From Octopus vulgaris (lineage: Eukaryota): a DNA stretch of 64,000 nucleotides. Below, one piece after another: positions 24,733-38,579 of this stretch. The position numbers and the translations under genes were made by a program. The stretch lies in contig OX597829.1 in the NCBI GenBank assembly GCA_951406725.2, positions 52,328,001 through 52,392,000 of the forward strand. The letters are read 5' to 3'. The notes below the pieces were generated by a model. That model was given only the letters and a program-made list of their open reading frames with translations. It was not told the DNA's origin and made no database searches. Position 1 is the first letter of the stretch. Each line of letters begins with the position of its first letter.

Positions 24733-26124
24733 TTAGCTGAAAGTTTGCTGTTATAATCAGTAACAAAGAACTCATTAAAAAGGAAATTATGAGTTGCCTC
24801 CCCTGCTTTGGTTTACAGAAACATCACGGATTACATTCGTACGCACACACACAGACACATACACACACACACACACACACTGGCATACTTAACGCCGATA
24901 ATTGATTTCATGACACGCGACTTAACTAGAAAATCAATAATTTTTTGTACATATTTTTTTTTACAATCTTATTATATTATTCTTTATAAGCCTAGTACTT
25001 ATTCTATCGGTCTCTTTTGCTGAACTGCTAAGTGACAGGGACGTAAACACACCAGCATCGGTTGTCAAGCAATACTAGGGGGACAAACACAGACACACAA
25101 ACATATACACACACATACATATACATATATACAACAGGCTTCATTTCAGTATTGAGTTTTTGATGTATTATTAAAAATTGTCAATCCTTTAAAAGATGTT
25201 GATTTGAGAACGACGGATAAATCGGTTCAAGTTTATTTTTTCCCATTAATTTATTAAAGAAAACAAAGAACAAACAAAAAACGATGCAAATAAATAAAAA
25301 AAAGACGTAACACGAAACGACGTAATTTGAGGTAGGCGTACATTGTGTTATCATCTACAAAGTATGCTGTTATCTATTTTTAATTATCAACTTCCTGAAC
25401 ACGGTTGATTAACGTCCGTAGAAATGCTTTGCAACGGTATTCGTTCCGGATCTTTACGTTCTGAGCTCAAATCCCTGAGTTGCCTTTCGTTTCCTTGAGG
25501 CTCAGTAAAATAAAGTAAAAAAAAACCGGTTAAGTGTCATTGGTATCGACTAATCTCCTCCAAACACAATTGCCATATATATATATATATAATGGACTTG
25601 TGCTTATATCTGAAAGGTTGCTTCTTGCTCCACTTTCGCTACAGACAAAAGATGTGTTTATATCTATTTCTTTATTACCCACAAGGGGCTATACATAGAG
25701 AGGACAAACAAGGACAGACATAGGTATTAAGTCGATTACATCGACCCCAGTGCGTAACTGGTACTTTATTTATCGACCCCAGAAGGATGAAAGGTAAAGT
25801 CGACCTCGGCGGAATTTGAACTCAGAACGTAACGGCAGACGAAATACCGCTAAGCATTTCGCCCGACGTGCTGACGGTTCTGCCAGCTCGCCGCCTTCGA
25901 TGTGTTTATATCATGGAAACCAAGCAACCGGCCTTGTAAGTCCGTGGGTGCGAGATAATAATTAACGTCTTGGGGCTGTTGATGCTGAATAACTTTTCGC
26001 ATTGTTTTTTTTTTTAAACAAACAAAAAAAAAAACTTTCATATTCATTATAACAAATCACTTTGCAGTAAAATTTACATCATTAAACAAAAGTAAAAGGT
26101 GTCAATATTTGAGACTAGATTAAG

Positions 26125-26570
26125 ACGACAAGCTGGCTGAATTGTTTGCACGCTGAGAAAAATGCTTCGCGGCATCTCGCTTGTCTTTACATTATGAATT
26201 CAAATACCTATTTCTTTATTACCCACAAGGGGCTATACATAGAGAGGACAAAGAAGGACAGACATAGGTATTAAGTCGATTACATCGACCCCAGTGCGTA
26301 ACTGGTACTTAATTTATCGACCCCGAAAGGATGAAAGGCAAAGTCGACCACGGCGGAATTTGAACTCACAACGTAACCGCAGACGAAATACCGCTAAACA
26401 TTTCGCCCGACGTGCTAACGATTCTGCCAGCTCGCCGCCCGCCGAGGTCGATTTTGCTTTCCGTCCTTTCGGATTCGATAAAATAAGTACCAGTTGAGCA
26501 AGGGGGTCGATGAAAGCCACGTACCCCCTCCACTGAAACAGATGGCGTTGTGCCGAAATTCGAAACCAAT
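26125..26570. mobile_element. Family B SINE nested in the opposite orientation inside another family B SINE
   Basis: Outer + copy breaks at the B box (~26205) and resumes at ccgccgaggtcga (~26439); inner - copy 26206-26438. Confidence 0.8.
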
Positions 26571-27106
26571 ATTTCGGAATACTTCGATAAATGTTAGCCA
26601 ACCTCACTAGATTAGACTACAGTACAGTAATTCCTAAGATATACTGGAGTGATCTCCCCTCGTTATCTAAACGTCCACAAGAGAAGGATTTTAATTTCAA
26701 GACAGCAAAATTAATAATTTACACTATCATTATCTCACAGCAATGAAATTTTGTCGTTGTTTTGCATCAAGCAATTCTGGGCAAGACTTCTGCCCGTCCC
26801 CACCAAAAACCACCCTTAAGTATATATAATAAATGAAAAAATGTTGGGTGAATAAAATGTTGGGCATAACATATACTAAGTGTACAACCAGATGGAAGAC
26901 AAACACAGAAGGTCCTTAATCCTTCATCGGTCATCAACCAATTGGTAATACTCAGTTTAGTTTGATTTTCATGTTTTATTATTTGCAATTTTTACAATTT
27001 TACAAATTTACAATATTGAAATGAATGAATACTTCCATGTGCTTAAGCAATCATCAAGTTCCATAATTGACAACTTTAGTGAAATGGTTGGATTTATCCT
27101 TTAAAT

Positions 27107-27738
27107 AAGGGGTCGGTGAATGGGAGTAAATTACCCCAGGTGGGGTAAAAATAAAATCCTTTGGGGGTAATGAGGACTCATTAGACATAAGTAAAATTAT
27201 ATAAAAACATGTTCCTTGTTATGACAGAAATTTTTCTTCTGGCTGCAATGGATGTGTTTAGGAAATGTCATGCCATTCTGTGACTAAATAGGCATTATTT
27301 GTCGGTTGTCTTTTATCCACCTTAACCGTATTTTTTGATACTCATGTTTTCCCTTTGTTGAAGTAGATTTAAGTAGTTATTTAATTCAACCCTTTAACAA
27401 ATTCAATTGGACCATGAAGACTGTATCCAAATTGCTCTGGCATCAAAATGCCCCAATTTTGATGTATTTGTAACAAAAATTAAACAAAATCTGTTCTTGA
27501 AAACCTGAAGCAAAAAAATTTCTAGAAAAATCCTTTTGTTTCCTAATCAGGATATTATTTTATTTTATTGCATTTGTTTTATACTTTTTATATTTATTAT
27601 TGTATTTTCCATATAAATAGATTCAATAAACCTTTCCAATTCAAAGAATCTCTGGTTTTCTTCCTTTCAAATCAAGGAGGTAACGGCGTAAATAAATATA
27701 TTTTGGGGTAATTAGTTCAAAAAGTTCCCTGACCCCTG
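27107..27738. mobile_element. Non-autonomous hAT DNA transposon with 8-bp TSD
   Basis: TSD CTTTAAAT at 27099-27106 and 27739-27746; TIR (c/a)aggggtcgg / ctgacccctg; truncated inverted copy at ~49927-50263. Confidence 0.82.
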
Positions 27739-28189
27739 CTTTAAATACCCTCGAATAGTCTCCTGCAGGCTAAATCTTACGAACTATATTTTGACCTATC
27801 AGCATGTGGCTTAGATGTTGTGATTTGGTGAGCATACCAACTAAGTTCTAATTCTATTTCATCCAATAAGTATGTGGCTAAGACGTCACAGTTTGGTGAG
27901 CATGTCAAGGATTTTCTACTTTGATGGAATTTAAAGGAATAATTGTTTGGCTGTATTTTGGAATGTTGTAAACAACATTCCTCTTTTCATTGAATTCTAT
28001 TGTTACCCCAGAAATTTTAAGATTTTAATCAATTCAATGTTCATTTGGTCAACTCTCCTACCATCTCCCCATCACGTTTATTGTTGTTGTTAGTAGTGGT
28101 GGAGGTAACAGTAGTAATAGCAGTAATATCTATTATTATTAGTATCACCATCATTGTTATAATTATCACCTTCCTTCTTGTGACACTTG

Positions 28190-28745
28190 TGAAGACCTGT
28201 TGAGGCAAGTGAAAATCAAATCAAATCAAATCAAATCAAATCAAAACAAATCAAAATAGATGAACATCAATGGAATTTGTATCTTTGTGGTACCAGTGCC
28301 GGTGGCACACAAGAAAACTATCCGAACGTGGCCGTAGCCAGTACCGCATCGACTGGCCTCCGTGCTGTGGGCACGTAACAAACACCATCCGATCGTGGCC
28401 GTTCGCCAGCCTCATCTGGCACCTGTGTCGGTGGCACATAAAAACACCATCCGAGCATGGCCGTCTGCCAGCCCCGTCTGGCACCTGTGTCGGTGGCACA
28501 TAAAAAACACCATCCGAGCGTGGTCGTTCGCCACCCTCGTCTGGCACCTGTGTCGGTGGCACATAAAATCACCCACTACACTCTCGGAGTGGTTGGCGTT
28601 AGGAAGGGCATCCAGCTGTAGAAACACTGCCAGATCTGACTGGCCTGGTGCAGCCTTCGGGCTCCCCAGACCCCAGTTGAACCGTCCAACCCATGCTAGC
28701 ATGGAAAGTGGACGTTAAATGATGATGATGATGATGATGATGATC
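28190..28745 (+). mobile_element. Family C retroposon with four tandem ~60-bp GC-rich subrepeats
   Basis: Repeated aaaacaccatccgagc..tggcacctgtgtcggtggcacat units, (ATCAA)n tract near the 5' end, (GAT)n tail. Confidence 0.8.
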
Positions 28746-29846
28746 ACCGTTACTTTAACTGTTCATTAAGAACAGGCTTGAATTTATCAATAAAATTCTT
28801 TCCCCTCACTTTGCTCCCAATTTCACTTGAGTTGTGTAATTTGTACAGAGGGAATATTATAAACTTTTTCTGACCACATGTTGCCAGATGGTTGCTTAAA
28901 GGGATCTGACAGACATCAGGGTCCCTAATTTTATATACTCTTTTACTTGTTTCAGTCATTTGACTGTGGCCATGCTTTGTAAGTCTAGTACTTATTCTAT
29001 CGGTCTCTTTTGCCGAACTGCTAAGTTACGGGGCTGTAAACACCCCAGCACTGGTTGTCAAGTGATATTGGGGTGACAAACACAGACACACAAAGATATA
29101 CACACAGATTCATATATATATATATATACATATATACGACAGGCTTCTTTCAGTTTCCGTCTACCAAATAAACTGACAGGACTTTGGTTGGCCCGAGGCT
29201 ATAGTAGAAGACACTTGCCCAAGGTGCCATGCAGTGGGACTGAACTTGGAACGATGTAGTTGGTAAGCAAGCTACTTACCACACGGTCACTCCTACGCCT
29301 ATGTATATATATATATATATATATATACATAAAAATGGTATCAGGACAAAATTCCCTTGAGCAAATTTTACACAGAAATATCAACAAATAAATATTAAAA
29401 ATTTTTTTAATAAAATTTCACTTTCTTAAAATATTTTTATTGTAAAGAAAGAACAATATTCTGGAGGATATTGACTGTGGGGAGTTTTTATCTGGTGGCA
29501 GATTTTGTTCAGGGGAGATCTTGTCCTAGTACCTATATAAACACATACATATGTAGAAGGCACTTGTCCAAGGTGCCACACAGTGGGGCTCAACTTGGAA
29601 CCATGATGAGCTTCCACACAGTTTCCATCTACCAAATTCAGTAACAAAGCATTGGTCAAGCCAGGGCTAGAGTAGAAGATACTTACCCACAGTGCTGCAC
29701 AGTGGGACTGAACCCAAAACCATGTTGTGAGAAAGCAAACTCCTTAACCGCACAGCTATACCTGCATACTTTGACTTATGTACCAGGAGTCAACTCTGAT
29801 ATATTGTATATATGTATATTCATATATGTATACCAATATATGTATA

Positions 29847-29875
<29 letters not shown>

Positions 29876-29880
<5 letters not shown>

Positions 29881-30284
29881 AAATAAGAAAATGGAGGAAT
29901 AGATTTCTTTCAATCATCAACTTCCAGATAATACCAATCCATATAATTTATTAACTAATACTTTATAATCTCTGACGAGGCCTTGAGAGATATATATATA
30001 AGTAACTCATTTTTAACTGCATATTACCTCAATACATCTGACTAATATGGACATAATGAGATAATCTTATCTACAGGCTGAAACAGCTGTAAGATCCATT
30101 TTATATGTATTATCCTTATGGTATTATCTTACTTATTGATGTACATTGTTTTATTCTGTCTTATTCTGTTGGATTTAGATGTTCCTATTTAATCCAAATA
30201 ATTAGTTAATAAATTATATGAATTGGTATTATCTGGAAGTTGATGATTGAAAGAAATCTATTCCTCCATTTTCTTATTTTGTAT
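29876..30284. mobile_element. Inverted-repeat-bounded element containing a hammerhead ribozyme (Penelope-like)
   Basis: ~84-bp arms 29876-29959 and 30201-30284; abuts a (TA)n tract. Confidence 0.75.
29968..30095 (+). ncRNA. Type I hammerhead ribozyme, intact core, predicted cleavage after GUA (30091)
   Basis: atct CTGACGA ggcct...(~90 nt)...aggct GAAA c agct GTA agat; stems I and II pair, stem III is palindromic. Confidence 0.75.
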
Positions 30285-30464
30285 TATAAATTTGAGGTAA
30301 AACATTTTACCTTCGCCCATCTAATACAATAAATGAACTGATTGCATTGCAATTGTAAGCATTTATGTATTAGCCTCTCTGGGTACTTCACTGGCAGTAT
30401 ATTGGATAAATGATATCCCATAGTGGGTTACACTCATAACCCCTATCTCACTTTGTATATATAC

Positions 30465-30495
<31 letters not shown>

Positions 30496-30509
30496 TATAT
30501 ATGTATACT

Positions 30510-30541
<32 letters not shown>

Positions 30542-30565
30542 CACACATACATATATATGTATACT

Positions 30566-30609
<44 letters not shown>

Positions 30610-31410
30610 AGGGGCATTCATTAAAGATTTACCCTGACCCACTTCCAAAGGACTGGAATAAATGAAACTTCACATAATTATTAGTCCTTCTCTACATAGC
30701 CACCACCAATGGCAACACACTTCTACCACCACTTTGTGCAGCTGTGAAGATCTTGTCTGTAGAAGTCGGTAGGTTGCATCTGAAGCCAAAACGGAAATAA
30801 GTTCATCATCAACTGAAAGGAGCTTCCCCTTCAAAAAAAGACTTCATGTTTGGAAAGAGGTGGAAGTCAGATAATGTAAGGTCAGGAGGGTAAGGGGGAT
30901 GAGGAAGTATTTCGTAGCTGCAGGAGTGTGCATTCATCTGGGCAATATGCACATTGTGTACTGGGGCTTGTCTTGGAGGAGACAGTATGCCACCACGCCT
31001 CTCTGCTTTGATGACATCCTACAATTTCTGCCACAGAGAAGCATAATATGTCCCATTAATTGTGGTGCCCTTTACCAGAAAATCCATCATCCCTACTCAC
31101 TGGTCCCAAAAGACTGAGCTTTACTTTGCCTGCTGTGGGTTGGACAGGAGCCTTCTGTGGAGGTGGTGAGTTACCATGCTTCCTTTGCTTCGATTGGACT
31201 TTACTTTCAGCATCATAGTGATGAACCCACGTTTTAACCTGTGTGATAAGTCAGTTGAAAAATTCCTCCTCATTTTCTTGGCACATTGCCGAAAGAGCTT
31301 GGGAGCAATTGACTCCTTCCTGCTTCTGAAAAGGTGTGAGCATCTGGGGAATCCATCGTGCAGACAACTTCCACTTTTGCTAATGGCTGTGAATGATTTT
31401 TTTTCACATA
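30610..31410 (-). pseudogene. mariner transposase relic
   Basis: Minus strand LPHPPYPPDLTLSDFHLFPNMK (YSPDLAPSDFHLF motif) and an LLQD..PVH-like segment; frameshifted. Confidence 0.8.
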
Positions 31411-31489
31411 CCTGATACCTGATTCACAAAAGGGACAGAGATGCAGGTAAAGCAGCAAAATGAGATAACTGATGCAATCTTTGTGGAGT

Positions 31490-31990
31490 TAACACTAAAT
31501 ATATCACCTGCATCATAAGCAGTTGTCTGGAAATGTTATTTTGGTATAATCTACCGATGAGACATGATGTTGCTAGGACACTCTATAATGAAATATGTTG
31601 GAAGGATAATCCCAAGGACAAAGAAATAAGAACCCACAGTATGGTAGAAGCCATAGCCACTCATAATAAAAAGAAATACTGGAGGAATGTACCAGTGAAG
31701 ACCTCAATAAAAAGGAAGCACAACAGACCTGATATAATGATTTGGGATAGAGAAGAGAAATTATGCACAGCTGTGGAAATTAGCTGCTCAGTGGATGTTA
31801 ACATAAAGCTGAAGATCAGTGAAAAAGAGAACACCTATACTGAACTATTGAGAAATCTGCAGTTACTCAATCCAGATTACAAGTTCAGGTTTATACCTGT
31901 AATTATTGGGGCCCTGGGATATGTAACACATTGCCTAAATACCAATCCAATCCATCACTGGGACTGTAAAAATCTGTAAAACTTTCCAGA
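31490..31990 (+). pseudogene. R2-group (R4/NeSL-like) non-LTR retrotransposon 3' fragment, restriction-like endonuclease
   Basis: HIISSC..RHD..HNRPDIMIWD..VEIS..K..Y..IPVIIGALG motifs. Confidence 0.8.
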
Positions 31991-32076
31991 AGTCATTTAA
32001 GTATATATATGAGCATGTTTAGATATGCAACTATATGCATGAGAATACATACATAAAGCAAGACATTCAAATCTAC

Positions 32077-32217
32077 ACACATACATACATACATACGTAC
32101 GTACATGCATACATACATGTATACATACATACATACATACATACATACATACATAGATACATACATACATACATACATACATACATACATACATACATAC
32201 ATACATACATACATACA

Positions 32218-32249
<32 letters not shown>

Positions 32250-32415
32250 CATACGTACATACATACATACATACATACATACATACATACATACATACAT
32301 ACATACATACATACATACATACATACATACATACATACATACATACATACATACATACATACATACATACATACATACATACATACATACATACATACAT
32401 ACATACATACATACA

Positions 32416-32447
<32 letters not shown>

Positions 32448-32568
32448 CATACATACATACATACATACATACATACATACATACATACATACATACATAC
32501 ATACATACATACATACATACATACATACATTCATACATACATACATTCATACACACATACATACATAC
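32077..32568. repeat. (TACA)n microsatellite, ~490 bp
   Basis: Direct reading. Confidence 0.97.
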
Positions 32569-33400
32569 AGAAGTACCTTGTTGTTGATGTTGAAATTCCA
32601 ATGAAGGAGCCCTGCATCTAGGTTAGAAACTGGTTCTTTCTCTACTGGCGAGAAATCTTGAAGCAAAACTGAATAACAGCATATATACATAGAAATAGAT
32701 TGATGGATATATTGATAGAAAAAGATAAAAAGTGCAAAAGTACAGAATACTTTTTAAAAACCTTTCTCTTTTACTCTTTTACTTGTTTTAGTCATTTTGA
32801 CTGTGGCCATGCTGGAGCACTGCCTTTAGTCGAGGAAATCGACCCCAGGACTTACTTCTTTGTAAGCCTAGTACTTATTCTATCGATCTCTTTTGCCAAA
32901 TCACTAAATTGCGGGGACGTAAACACACCAACATCGGTTGTCAAGGGATAATGGGGGACAAACACAGAAACACAAATGCACACACACACATATATAAATA
33001 CATATATGGGATGGGCTTCTTCCAGTTTCCGTCTACCAAATCCACTCACAAGGCTTTGGTCGGCCCGAGGCTATAGTAGAAGACACTTGCCCAAGGTGCC
33101 ACGCAGTAGGACTGAACCCGGAACCATGTGGTTCATAAGCAAAGCTACTTACAGCACAGCCGTTCCTACGTCTATAAAATAGTCGTATTTTTCGTTCATA
33201 AAAATAAAAATTTTCAAAAATAATTGAACTGTACAACATTTCATGAATAACACGGGTGGCTTTGTGGGTACTATTTGAGCAGCTGCCCACCCTAACTGCC
33301 TGTAAGCCCAATCTTACCCAAACTCAGTTAAATTACATTGTTTTTTGCTGATGCTGAAAACAAATTCATACTTCATGGAAGCTTAAGTGGGAGTGGGTGC

Positions 33401-33595
33401 GATGGTGATGGTGATGGTGGTGGTGGTGGTGGTGGTGGTGGTGGTGGTGGTGGTGGTGGTGGTGGTGGTGGTGGTGGTGGTGGTGGTGGTGGTGGTGGTG
33501 GTGGTGGTGGTGGTGGTGATGGTGGTGGTGGTGGTTGTGGTGGTGGTGGTGGTGGTGGTGGTAGTAGTGATTATGGTGGTAGCGATGGTGGTGGC
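33401..33595. repeat. (GGT)n microsatellite
   Basis: Direct reading. Confidence 0.95.
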
Positions 33596-33934
33596 AGTTA
33601 TAGTTGTAGTGGGTGGAGGATTTAAAAGTGTTTTATCTATAATCCATCTTTGGAACTTGGAAGTCATAGACTGAAATGTAAACATAAATTCAAGAGATGT
33701 TAATTAGCCAACCATTAGAGGCCTTTATTATGAAAAGAAGACGAAATAAAAGCTGAGTAATCTTGTTAATCCGAAGATTAATAAGAGAAAAAAAAAATAC
33801 CCATTGGCTTCCCCTCCCCCACAACGCCCGTCATCCACTCCACCCTCACAAACACGTCACTTTTATTTTTACTTCAACCACTGTGACAATGTAGTTAAAT
33901 CCTAAATCATAGAGATTTAGATCCATGATGAACA

Positions 33935-33948
33935 GTTTCCATAGCAAC
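33935..33948. promoter_or_regulatory. RFX X-box motif in a promoter-like unique region
   Basis: GTTTCCATAGCAAC; upstream CCAAT-like motifs (~33712, ~33803) and cacgtca; splice donor cag|gtaaat at 34121/34122. Confidence 0.45.
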
Positions 33949-34511
33949 AGTTTAAGCCCCTTAAGTATTAAATTGGTCACTACCTAAAATTTCAAACGAG
34001 TTTGTCATTTCTACTCTTGGTTTCAGCAGAGATGTGTTCTCTCCTGACACTTGCAGATTCGAATGACCAAAGCCACAATACTTCCAGGTGTCCGAACAGA
34101 GAAAAACAATCATATTTACAGGTAAATGTATATTCTTCTTCGTCTTTTAATTATGTTTTAGTTAATTTTTTTTTTGTTAGTTTGTTTAAAAAAGCAACAA
34201 TATGTGCATTGGCAATAAATAAAATTTTTAATTTTCCAGGTGATTTATATTGCAAGAATATGACATTTTTCAATTTTTTTTTTTTTGTGTGTTGGGGTGA
34301 AATGGTAACTATTCTTTAAATTTCAGAAACCTTTCATATATCCTCAAAAGAAAATTCTTTCTCAAAAACAAGCATGTTTTATATCATGTAATTTTATTCA
34401 AGTGTGGTCAGAAAATCATTGAAAGGGGTTTTTGAGAGTTTGAACTTCCCTCACTCTTTCAATCAATCTAAAAAAAAAAAACTCTCTGTCTGTCTGACTA
34501 TTTGCCCGTCT

Positions 34512-34572
34512 AATCTATCTATCTATATCTGTCCGTTTGTCAATTGATCAGCTGGCCTACCTGCCTGCCTGC

Positions 34573-34633
<61 letters not shown>

Positions 34634-34638
34634 CATCC

Positions 34639-34689
<51 letters not shown>

Positions 34690-34767
34690 CATCCATCTAT
34701 CTATCTACCTATCTGCCTATCTATCTATCTATCTATCTCTCTATCTATCTATCTACCTATATATCCA

Positions 34768-34813
<46 letters not shown>

Positions 34814-34920
34814 TCTCTATCTATCTAACTAGCTAGCTTATCTGTCTACCCCTTTATATGTCTATCTGTCTATATATGTCTGTCTGTCTATCTATTTGTT
34901 TGTCTGTTTGTCTGTGTAAT
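34512..34920. repeat. (CTAT)n/(CT)n/(CTGT)n compound microsatellite
   Basis: Direct reading; similar tract at 36375-36612. Confidence 0.95.
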
Positions 34921-35120
34921 TATATGTAATATATATAACAAACTTTGTGTATACAGCGCTCAGGTGTGCTACAACTCATCAGAAAAAGCAACCAGAACTG
35001 CATGAACAGCACATAGAAGAATACACAAAAAAATTTATCTACCTAGCTAGCAAAATGTTTGTCTGTCTACCTGTCTCTCAGTCTGCCTTTCTAACTATCT
35101 ATCTGTCTGTCTGTCTACTA

Positions 35121-36372
35121 TTAGGCGGTCAAGAAAGTTCTTGTGGTTTTTAACCTTTAAATTCAGATGCACATATCTCAGCTCAAACAAAGCTTTATTA
35201 AAACACCATCAGAATCAACACACTTTTGCCAATGCGAAACAAGTTTATTTATGCCAGTAGCATAAAATTCCTGCGTTCTGGTGGCGATGAAGTCGGTGAA
35301 GGTGTGTATCTTGGTTTTTGAAGCATTTTTAATGCAGGATGTTGTCGAGATGCTTGAAAAAGGGGTAGTCAGTAGGCAAGAGGCCTGGTGAGTATGGTGG
35401 ATGAGGCAGAGTTTCATAGCCCAATTCGTACAACTTCTGCAGGGTCAGTTGTGTGATGTGTGGCTTAGCATTGTTGTGGAGAAGAACTGGTCCTTTTCTA
35501 TTGATCAATGCTGGCTGTTGTTGTCAGAGTTTCTTATGCATTTCATCCATTTGCTGACAGTACTTCTCCACCGTAGTGGTTTAGCCTGGATCTAAAAAGC
35601 TGTGATGGATGAGACCAGCCGTAGACCACTTCTTTTGGTGCAACTTTGGCTTCGGGAAGTGCTGTGGAGCTTTGTTGGCATCCAACCACTGAGCTGAGCA
35701 TTGCTGGTTGACATGAAGAATACACTTTTAATCACAAGTCACAATCCGGTTGAGAAATGGGTCGTTCTTGTTGCATAAAAGAAGGGAAGACGACACTTCA
35801 AAATGGCGTTTTTTGGGGTTGTCATTCAATTCGTGTGGCACCAATTTCTCAAGTATTTTTGTTTTTCCAATCTCTTTCAAGTGGTTGGAAATTGTCATAT
35901 ATGTTATGTCTAATTCAGAAGCAAGCTCTTGAACAGTTGTGCATAGATTGGCTGCAACTAAGGCTTTTAGTTGATCGTTGTCAACATCTGATGGTTGACC
36001 ACTGCATGTATCATCTGCAAGACTCTCGTCACCACTACGAAATTTCTTGAACCACCATTGTGCTGTATGTTCACTAGTGGTGCCTGGGCCAAACGCATCA
36101 TTGATGTCATGAGTTGTTTCAGTATCGTTTCGGCCTAGCTTGAACTCGAATAAGAAAATTGTGCAAATTTGCTTTAAGTCCCTGTTGTATTCAACATTCT
36201 GGAAAAAATGGCCTGATTATTCAAAAAGAAAAAGAGTAACATGATTAAATAGAGCGAAAAACGGGCTTTAAAATTATATATAAAGTCAAAGTAATTTAAT
36301 GAAAATTAATTTGAAAATACATAATTTAAAACCAAAATTAAAAATTCTACAAGAACTTTCTTGAGAACTTAT
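35121..36372 (-). mobile_element. Near full-length degenerate mariner element with both TIRs
   Basis: TIRs tcaagaaagttcttgt / acaagaactttcttga; minus strand PPYSPGLLPTDY and FYATGINKLVSHWQKCVDSDG; ~1.25 kb. Confidence 0.85.
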
Positions 36373-36375
36373 TAT

Positions 36376-36411
<36 letters not shown>

Positions 36412-36434
36412 ATTTCTTTCTATCTATCTATCTT

Positions 36435-36545
<111 letters not shown>

Positions 36546-36859
36546 GCCTATCTATCTATGTGTCTATCTGTCTGTCTATATGTTTGTCTGTCTTTTTGTA
36601 TGTCTATCTGTCTAATTATATATAATAAATAATAATGAACTAATTATATACAGAGCTCAGATGCACAACAATTTATCAGAATTGGTAGCCAAAACCAAAG
36701 TTTAGTACTTAGATAATTCAGAGAAAGAACTATCCATCCCTCTATCCATCTTAGTATTTTTGTGTCTATACACGCACACACACACATGGATACAAATCAA
36801 CTCTAAATAAATGTCTATTTACAATTACATATATACATACATAAATATACATACATACA

Positions 36860-36895
<36 letters not shown>

Positions 36896-37891
36896 CATAT
36901 ATATATCATCATCATCATCATCATTTAACGTCCATTGTTCTTGCTGGCATGTGTTGGACAGTTTGACCGGGCTGGCATGTTGGAAGGCTGCACCAGACTC
37001 CAGTTTAATTTGGCATGGTTTTCTACAGCTGGATGCCATTCCTAATGCCAACCACTCCAAGAGTGTAATGGGTGCTTTTAAGTGCCACTAGCACAGGTGG
37101 AATTTTCGTGACACCATTATCTGCCACGACTGCGATTTTGCTCAGCTTGATGAGTCTTCTTTTCAAGCACAACATAATGCCACAGGTCTCGGTCATTGCG
37201 ATACATATATATCATCATCATCATCATCATTTAGCATCCGTTTTCTATGCTGGCACGGGTTGGATGGTTTGACAGGAGCTGGTGAGGATGGAGAGTGGCA
37301 CCAAGCTCCATTGTCTGCTTTGGCATGGTTTCTACGGGTGGATGGCCTTCCTAACACCCACCACTTTACAGATTGTGCTGGGTGCTTTTTAACATGGCTC
37401 CAGCACCAGCAGGGTCACCAGGCAACTTGACTTGCAGGACAAAGACCTCCCAGCTAGGGGAGGGAGTGGAACTGAGGGAAGTGGCTTTGTGCCCAGTGAA
37501 GGCAGGGGATACAAATCAGCACAAGTTGTTAAGCAATGGTGAGGTAAAGACACAAAGACACACACATATACAAACACACAAATGTATGTGTGTGTATGTA
37601 GATATATATATATATACATATAGGGAGACTTTACGAAAAAAACAAAAGACGAAGACTGGTGGTGTACAAAACAAACAGATGTATTAGTATAACGCTCAGG
37701 AATAGAAAAAAGTCTTTTACGTTTCGAGCCTACGCTCTTCTACAGAAAGGGACACAGAAAAAACAAGGAGAGAAAAAAAGGAAAGAAAAAAATGTGTGTA
37801 GTGGCTAATGATCTATCATGGCGCTGACTCGGACAGACATATATATATATATATCTGTAAATGTAATATGTGACAATTATTCGGTAGCCAT

Positions 37892-37952
37892 GATAAAACT
37901 CCGAGTTTTGGATGCCGAGGTGGAAATCCATGCTGCCATCTCTTCAGTTATC
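37892..37952 (-). ncRNA. Degenerate type I hammerhead motif (G12 mutated)
   Basis: Minus strand gataa CTGAAGA gatg..catc c AAAA ct cgg ag TT ttatc; stems I, II and III retained. Confidence 0.5.
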
Positions 37953-38579
37953 TAGCCATCAGAAAAAGGCTATTGAAAATGACCGTTATACAAAGGGAAA
38001 TTACTGTGTAGTTGACCGTTATTAAGACAAAAGAGCTATTCAAATGACTGCTAAGTAAGGGGGTAAAAAGTTCATAGCATTCGCGTAAACGTGCCTGTTC
38101 ATACCTACACATGTGCGCCCGCACACCCACGTGCATGCGCCTAAAGCTATACATTCATCCACCCTCACTTGAAACATACACATCCTCACTCACATCTTTC
38201 GCCAAATGTATGTGCATATACAACAAACCCACACACACACACACACGCGTGCACCATAAAGGTTCATACACACGTCTACATACGCACAAGCACAAGAAAA
38301 AGCAGGGTTAAGGGTAACAATACAGAAAAAAGGCACAAGGGAGTATACAAGGAGTAAACCACGTCTATATATGCACATACCCTTATGTATGAACACACAA
38401 ACGCCCATATAAGCACACGTCTATATACGCACACACACACGCACGCACAAAAAGGATTATACATATGTCTAACACAAGAAAAAAACAGGGCTAAGGGCAA
38501 AAATACAGCTTGATATTATGTAAATAGAGGAATTTATATGTAAATATAATATATTTATATATATATGTATATATATCCA

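Noticed and set aside
31993-32604. Long ORFs of 157-202 aa (MYVC / HTYI repeats)
   Set aside because: Translations of a (TACA)n microsatellite.
33338-33685. Gly-, Thr- or Val-rich ORFs
   Set aside because: Translations of the (GGT)n tract.
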